Positions 58,893 to 64,000 of a stretch of DNA of 64,000 nt are shown here, piece after piece. The stretch is from positions 1 through 64,000 of the IMG/VR virus record IMGVR_UViG_3300009594_000003. One strand, given 5' to 3'. Every line of letters starts with the position of its first letter. The stretch's first letter is position 1. The position numbers and the translations under genes are program-made. Below the pieces are notes generated by a model. That model searched no databases, was not told the origin of the DNA, and saw nothing but the letters and a program-made list of their open reading frames with translations. The DNA comes from a virus.

Positions 58893-59543
58893 ATGCCGAC
58901 TCTATGGGAAATGCTGACCAAAAAGAAAGAGAAGGCCATCTCACAAGATGAGGTCTTCTACAATCCGCTTAAATTGCGGATCGGCAATCACATCAAGGTC
59001 AACAACCTCGATCTGGGCAAGCTGTCCTTCAGTTTGACCAACATGAGGGTGGTCGAGCGAAACATCGACGGCCAGAGTTTCCGCTTCGCCGACTACGATC
59101 TGACTGCCCGACCGCTCGATGGTGAACCGGTACACCAACGTATCCGGGTGACGCCTCATGACGACAGAACCTTCGGTGTATTGCTGCTCAAGCACTTCAC
59201 CGGTTTTGGGTACGATGAAGGCTACCATAAGGGCCTCGCCTTTGAGAATAACAAGGGTGAAGCTTACGAGCCGGAATGGGATGGCCGGTATTGGCGTGTC
59301 AACGACGTACAAACCGAGTGGAACGCCAAGACCGACACACTCACCGACGCCAACAGCGACGGTTTCATTTCCAAGAGCGAAGTCAAGCACGGCAAGCTCA
59401 CGTATTGGGACTTCTGGCGTGAGACCAACATCGAAGGTCTCAAGGTGCTGGAGTTCTACATCGTGGAAATGAACGGCGAAGACGGCTGGTTCGATATCTG
59501 GGTGGGCCAGGAGATCGATCCAAACCGTGTCGAGGTCATCTAG
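58893..59543 (+). CDS. DUF2491/DUF4178-like protein
   Basis: AAGGAG RBS before MPTLWE; YNPL.LRIG and C-terminal VE....GW..IW.G.EI....V.VI. Confidence 0.5.
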   Translation: MPTLWEMLTKKKEKAISQDEVFYNPLKLRIGNHIKVNNLDLGKLSFSLTNMRVVERNIDGQSFRFADYDLTARPLDGEPVHQRIRVTPHDDRTFGVLLLKHFTGFGYDEGYHKGLAFENNKGEAYEPEWDGRYWRVNDVQTEWNAKTDTLTDANSDGFISKSEVKHGKLTYWDFWRETNIEGLKVLEFYIVEMNGEDGWFDIWVGQEIDPNRVEVI

Positions 59544-59758
59544 CAGCCCAAGGACGATATATTATGATACCCAAAATGAACACGCAGACCCGAAAAGTGG
59601 TACGAGTTACGACCGAGGAGTTTGAGTTGGACGACGGGCAGATATTCCCGCATGTCGTTGAACTTGCCCCCCGACGAAGTTCCCACTATGGAGGAGTTTC
59701 AGGCTACCTACGACCACTGGAGGACCGTGATTGCGAATGAATTGAAAGAATAGACAAA

Positions 59759-60870
59759 ATGAACAAACTGGTGAACATCAGCCAGGCAGCCGAGATGCTT
59801 GGCGTCTCCACCAAAATACTATGCCTATGGGATGGTGAAGGTAAGGTAGAGGCAGTTAGAACGGCAGACTTCGGGGTATACGAGCAGTCACGGTGTTACA
59901 ATAGAATGAATGGACAGTGGGCAGAGTAAGACCTACGAGCAAGAGTTAGTTAATGACATGATTTCGCCTATGTCGTCCTTCTCCAGCAAGATTTACGGCA
60001 AGCATTCAGCCGAGAACCGCAAATGCCGTAAATTGGAAAAGTTAGCAGCGTTGAGACAGTTGCCGATGGGGGCGGCTGTGCCTGTAGATGTGGAAGAAAT
60101 ACATGAACCAACCGGCATACTGGAAACTGGACAGCAAGATCAAGGCGAGGCAGAAGAATGTGGCAACGTACCAGAAATTAACCAGGCGGAACTCATTACC
60201 TACTGACCGTGGCTACTGAACACTCTGCAACTACCAACCGCCCTACGAAAGCGGCACGAAGATTGTGCAACTTGAAGAACTTGGGCACTGGTTGGTGCTA
60301 TGTATGCTCACCCTGACAAGTTCACTCATATTCCAATCGTGGATGAGTGGGTAGTGATTGCCGAAGAACTTGCTGCTAAGAGCGGTGGCGTTCTCCCTTA
60401 CGCTCGCTGGTTGCAGGCAGAGAATGGATGAGGTTGCTAAAGAAGTAATACAGCAACCAGATGTGAAAATGGTCGTAATGGAAGACTTGAAAAAGTTAAA
60501 CCACAAGATCAAATTCAGACGCCGCCTGAGTAAAAATATGCGGCAGTCGCTCGGTACATGGGCGTATCGTTACTGGCTGAACCGGATACAAATGGCAACT
60601 GAGGATAACCGTGTTAGTCTTCGTCATGTTCCACCGGCATATACCAGTCAGCGATGCAGTGCATGTGGTCATATTGAGCGGAGAAACCGAAATGGTGAGA
60701 AGTTCTTGTGCAGGAAGTGTGCTACGCCTGCAATGCAGATGTGAATGCTGCCAAGAACATTGAGTTCCGGTGTACCAGCCGACCTTACGGTGCGGCTTCC
60801 AAACCGAGAAACAGGGATTTTTGTCTAAGGTAAGATTTTCCAAGTTTTGAAGAACGATTGCGACGGTGTG
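59759..60870 (+). mobile_element. Decayed IS607-family element (TnpA plus TnpB remnants)
   Basis: MerR-like ISQAAEMLGVS...L..W...GK...VRT; EQELVNDM....SFSSKIYG; TnpB VVMEDL, VPPAYTSQRCSACGH, AD.NAA.NI. Confidence 0.78.
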
Positions 60871-60871
60871 A

Positions 60872-60919
60872 CTAGAAAACAAAAAGGCCCGGCTTTCGCC
60901 GGGCCTTTTTGTTTTCTAG
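60872..60919. terminator. Long perfect bidirectional terminator
   Basis: CTAGAAAACAAAAAGGCCCGGC-TTTC-GCCGGGCCTTTTTGTTTTCTAG. Confidence 0.88.
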
Positions 60920-61314
60920 TCTAGCGTAATCTTTGGCGTTATCTCAATCGTTCCGCCGCCAACCGGCAGCACGAATGGACCGCCTGCAAACTTCTCTGCC
61001 CATAGCAAACTTCCTGCTGGGCCGGTTATGTAGTAACCATAACACGTCACAGGATCAAGCATATTGAATTGCTGGGCTGCGTATTGTGCGGTCGTCACAT
61101 TTGACACGGTAGAAACGGTCCAGCTAGCACCCGTCAGGGTCAGCGGAGAATAACCAGAGATACCAGAAACTTCGGTGAAACTGCTGGAAATCGAGTTATC
61201 CGTTGGATCGTGGTTGTTCGTGTAAAGGTGAATGACCAAGTTGGCTGGAGCCATCTTGTTGACGATCATCTCCAACATTTTCGCTTCGCCGACATCAGGT
61301 GCAACTAGTGCCAT
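60916..61314 (-). CDS. Putative virion structural (tail-associated) protein
   Basis: L.IHLYTNN.DP......FTE....GY...TL....W, YGYY, LLWAEKF pattern; GGAGG RBS, TAGATA box. Confidence 0.6.
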   Translation of the reverse strand: MALVAPDVGEAKMLEMIVNKMAPANLVIHLYTNNHDPTDNSISSSFTEVSGISGYSPLTLTGASWTVSTVSNVTTAQYAAQQFNMLDPVTCYGYYITGPAGSLLWAEKFAGGPFVLPVGGGTIEITPKITLD

Positions 61315-61363
61315 TTTCCCTCCGTTTGTGTCCTAGATAATAGTGAATGAAGCTTAACTATAA

Positions 61364-61774
61364 ATGCCGCTGAGAGAAAAATACCGTGGGAAAAAATACA
61401 TTGACATGAAACCATCTAGAGAAGAGTTGGAAAAGTACCAAAATAATCTGGCTGGAGGAGCCGGGGCGTTTGGGGTCAGTGAGCGGACCATCAGAAGATG
61501 GTTAGACGCCGAGGGTCTTTATCGACCTACGGAAGGGTATGGTCCTAACAAGCTGACTGAAAAACAGGTAGAAGAGATTAGACGCCTACATATACAGAAA
61601 AAGTACACGCAAGCTCAGCTAGGCAAGAGATTCGGCGTTACCCAAGCAACGATAGGCAGAATACTTAATAACATCTATCACAAGAAAACCGACCTGAAAC
61701 TTGGCGGGGCTGCCATCGTCAGTTTCCATGAAAAGTTTCCACCCACCGAACTGTGCCACTCTCAGACCGCATGA
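61364..61774 (+). CDS. Double-HTH DNA-binding protein
   Basis: A.AFGVSERTIRRWL and KLTEKQV.EIR....TQAQL..RFGVTQATIGRIL. Confidence 0.7.
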   Translation: MPLREKYRGKKYIDMKPSREELEKYQNNLAGGAGAFGVSERTIRRWLDAEGLYRPTEGYGPNKLTEKQVEEIRRLHIQKKYTQAQLGKRFGVTQATIGRILNNIYHKKTDLKLGGAAIVSFHEKFPPTELCHSQTA

Positions 61775-62645
61775 AGACGCTGTGCGTCACCGGCCCAACG
61801 CTGGTGTAGCGAACTCCCTTCAACATACTACCATCGGTGATCCCTGTGGCTGCAAAAACACATTCGCCTTTGACTAATCCGTTGGTGTCATAAACCGGAC
61901 CTTCTGGTTTCCAGGCATCGTCTTGCAAAGCTACTTGGGCCTGGAACTCACCACCGAGGCACTTGATAGCCGCTGCCGCCAAGACTGCTTCGGGTGCTCC
62001 GCCGATGCCAAAATATATATCAACTCCACTATTGGGCAAACAAGTAGCAATAGCTCCAGATACGTCACAGTCCTGAATCAGTTTGATGCGGACACCTAGC
62101 TGTCTCAGTTCCTTGATGAATTGCTCGTGACGTGGCCTATTCAAAACACACACCATCAGATCAACCAGCTTTTTATTGGCTGCTGTGGCTACGTGTTGCA
62201 CAATGTCTAGTAGTGCCCACCAGAGTTTCACATCAGTCTTGAGGTTGGTTTTTATCTTCTTTCCGAAAGCCAGCTTCTTCATGTAGAAATGCGGTGTAGT
62301 AAACATGGCGTCTACAGGAGCCATCGCCAGGGTAGCAATGGCCTCTGGACCAGAAGTAACTGTGGGCGTGGTGCCCTCGATGGGATCAACGGCAATCTCA
62401 TAATCAGCGGACATCCAAGATTGCTCTGTGCCCAACCGCTCTCCCTGGAACAACCCATAGCTTTTATCCTTCTCCCCTTCACCGATGCGAATGATACCAC
62501 TGAACTTTATCAAGTTCAGTCGGTTCCTCATTGCATCCGTTGCCGCTTTATCTGCAAGTTCCTTGTTGCCGCTGCCGACCCAATGTGAAGCTGCTATAGC
62601 AGCCGCTTCGGTCACTCTAACTAGATCAAGGCTGATATTCTTCAT
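61719..62645 (-). CDS. glpX: Class II fructose-1,6-bisphosphatase
   Basis: LVRVTEAAAIAA, IGEGEKD, AVDPIEGT, RPRH, GIGGAPE.VLAAAA, FAATGITDG. Confidence 0.92.
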   Translation of the reverse strand: MKNISLDLVRVTEAAAIAASHWVGSGNKELADKAATDAMRNRLNLIKFSGIIRIGEGEKDKSYGLFQGERLGTEQSWMSADYEIAVDPIEGTTPTVTSGPEAIATLAMAPVDAMFTTPHFYMKKLAFGKKIKTNLKTDVKLWWALLDIVQHVATAANKKLVDLMVCVLNRPRHEQFIKELRQLGVRIKLIQDCDVSGAIATCLPNSGVDIYFGIGGAPEAVLAAAAIKCLGGEFQAQVALQDDAWKPEGPVYDTNGLVKGECVFAATGITDGSMLKGVRYTSVGPVTHSVFMRSESGTVRWVETFHGN

Positions 62646-62665
62646 TGTTCTCTTCTATATAAAGC

Positions 62666-63211
62666 ATGGGACTACTGAACGAGGATGGCACCCCGTACAA
62701 GGCCATAGGAAGCATCCAGCAATTCAACCCGGAAAACAAACAACACTGCTTGTTTAGTTTTTGGGACGAAGAGGCTATTCGTCAAGGAGGCTCTCCAATA
62801 TATTACTACGAAGTCTTCATCCAAATCAACAACACTTTCGATCCGATTTATAGAGAGGACCGTGGCAAGTTGTGGTCTAACTTCCCAGTGGAACTATGGG
62901 CTATGTACGAACCTATTCCTTCTCAGAACTACCAAAATGCTTATGGCATAGACTCCCCAGACGATATCATTTTCGAGATGAACTATGATGCCGTCATCAG
63001 AGATTTGGGGCATCTGCCGAAACCTGGGTCTAGAATCTTCACTCCCCACCTGCGGGAGAATTGGGAAGTAATATCTAATAAGACTGGAGAGTTTAAGACA
63101 TGGGGCATCATCAGAATACAAACGCTTTGTAGGAGATGGCAAGAAACTGTTACCACTGGTGAGGGTAAGGTATCTCAAGCCCAACCAGATTTCAAGATAG
63201 ATGCAGTATGA
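62666..63211 (+). CDS. T4 gp14-like neck (head closure) protein
   Basis: E.I...G.PIYY, DPIY.ED, YGIDS.D.I.F, PKPG..I; TATATA box 4 nt upstream. Confidence 0.65.
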   Translation: MGLLNEDGTPYKAIGSIQQFNPENKQHCLFSFWDEEAIRQGGSPIYYYEVFIQINNTFDPIYREDRGKLWSNFPVELWAMYEPIPSQNYQNAYGIDSPDDIIFEMNYDAVIRDLGHLPKPGSRIFTPHLRENWEVISNKTGEFKTWGIIRIQTLCRRWQETVTTGEGKVSQAQPDFKIDAV

Positions 63212-63219
63212 GGTAGACC

Positions 63220-63783
63220 ATGACACTAGAACAAGTACAGAAATTGAAGGCAGAGCTTCTTAGCAGGCTCATCAACGCAGAAGAGCAACTAGAGGCCAAG
63301 GTCTCAGAACTTACCATCCATGAGGGCAAGAAGAAAGAGAAATCCAAGGAATGGAAGTTCGGTAAGGGGATCAAAGGCACGGTGCGTGCTGCTATAACCA
63401 AACACTCCGATAAGTTCGACAAGGACTGCAAAGACCCGGATCGTTTATGCCCATACGCCGTCTTCGCCGCCAAGAAGAAAAAGGGAATGACAGCCAAATA
63501 CAAAGACCAACCAAGTACACTAAAAGGCAAACCAAAGAAAAGGAAACGATTCCAAAACGAATGCTTCATGACTTTCGAGGAATGGTTGCCTCTACGTGAA
63601 GACTGTGGCAAACCACACCCGATCACAAAGATGCAGAAGATAGATCATGAAGAAAAAAAAAGGTCGCCGAAGGTAAGAGACCTCAGAGACGACCTGAGTA
63701 GTGACTACAAAGGACACATCAAGCACAACGGAACCGTGGAGCCATTCAAGGTTTTCGATAAACGAACTCTACGAAGAAGTTAG
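63220..63783 (+). CDS. Basic hypothetical protein with internal CTS-like motif
   Basis: GAGG RBS; internal FMTFEEWLPLRE; PYAVFA. Confidence 0.6.
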   Translation: MTLEQVQKLKAELLSRLINAEEQLEAKVSELTIHEGKKKEKSKEWKFGKGIKGTVRAAITKHSDKFDKDCKDPDRLCPYAVFAAKKKKGMTAKYKDQPSTLKGKPKKRKRFQNECFMTFEEWLPLREDCGKPHPITKMQKIDHEEKKRSPKVRDLRDDLSSDYKGHIKHNGTVEPFKVFDKRTLRRS

Positions 63784-64000
63784 GCTTGTGTATCTTCTTG
63801 AAGAACCACAGAGGGATTTTCGGTTTTCGCAGGGGCGTTCTGATGTCCAGTATCTTCACCCTCAATGGCATCTGGGTCTGAGTTTTGAAAATGCGGTAGG
63901 TCTTCACGTCTCACCTTGAAATAAGCTGGCTTGATCCTCTTCATTGTCTTTGGGCGGTCGGAGCGACTACCCTTGTTGCACTCATTGAATAGATTTCTTA

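Noticed and set aside
58575-59543. 322-aa ORF as one genuine membrane protein
   Set aside because: An internal AAGGAG RBS and ATG at 58893 indicate a separate gene; the first part is the tail of the upstream pseudogene.
59759-60870. Active TnpB RNA-guided nuclease systems (also at 1190-1560 and 38484-39240)
   Set aside because: All three copies are fragmentary, with deletions and frameshifts removing RuvC segments.
1-64000. tRNA, rRNA, riboswitch, retron or DGR elements
   Set aside because: I saw no cloverleaf or T-loop in intergenic context, no reverse transcriptase and no template/variable repeat pair by eye. A covariance-model scan would be needed to exclude small RNAs.
1-64000. Cellular chromosome origin
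   Set aside because: Metabolic genes are isolated among T4-like neck genes, CTS-like proteins and late-promoter boxes, without their usual operon partners.

Overview
This window looks like part of a large T4-like (jumbo) myophage genome rather than a cellular chromosome. The evidence is gp13- and gp14-like neck genes, a gp23 capsid fragment, about a dozen ORFs starting with a T4 capsid-targeting-like peptide, T4-late-like TAnATA boxes, homing endonucleases and many bidirectional GC-hairpin terminators. The host is probably a Planctomycete, inferred weakly from McsA and planctomycete-style secreted proteins. Auxiliary metabolic genes include guaC, lysine 6-aminotransferase, glutamate dehydrogenase, coaD, rfbA, an hldD-like epimerase and glpX. 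The most striking locus (39.3-48.8 kb) interleaves the genes of a deamidating NAD+ salvage route (pncA-like, pncB, Gln-dependent nadE, and a broken nadD) with a TerY-P-like triad (vWA, PP2C phosphatase, YegI-like kinase). It is a candidate phospho-regulated NAD+ reconstitution or counter-defence system. Other oddities are a Tat-signal mini-gene carrying a major-capsid motif, a uracil-DNA glycosylase split by a solo serine-recombinase element, and about 15 decaying genes with apparent GC-to-AT changes, including repeated TAG codons where Trp is expected. All family assignments come from motif recognition by eye; no database searches were run.
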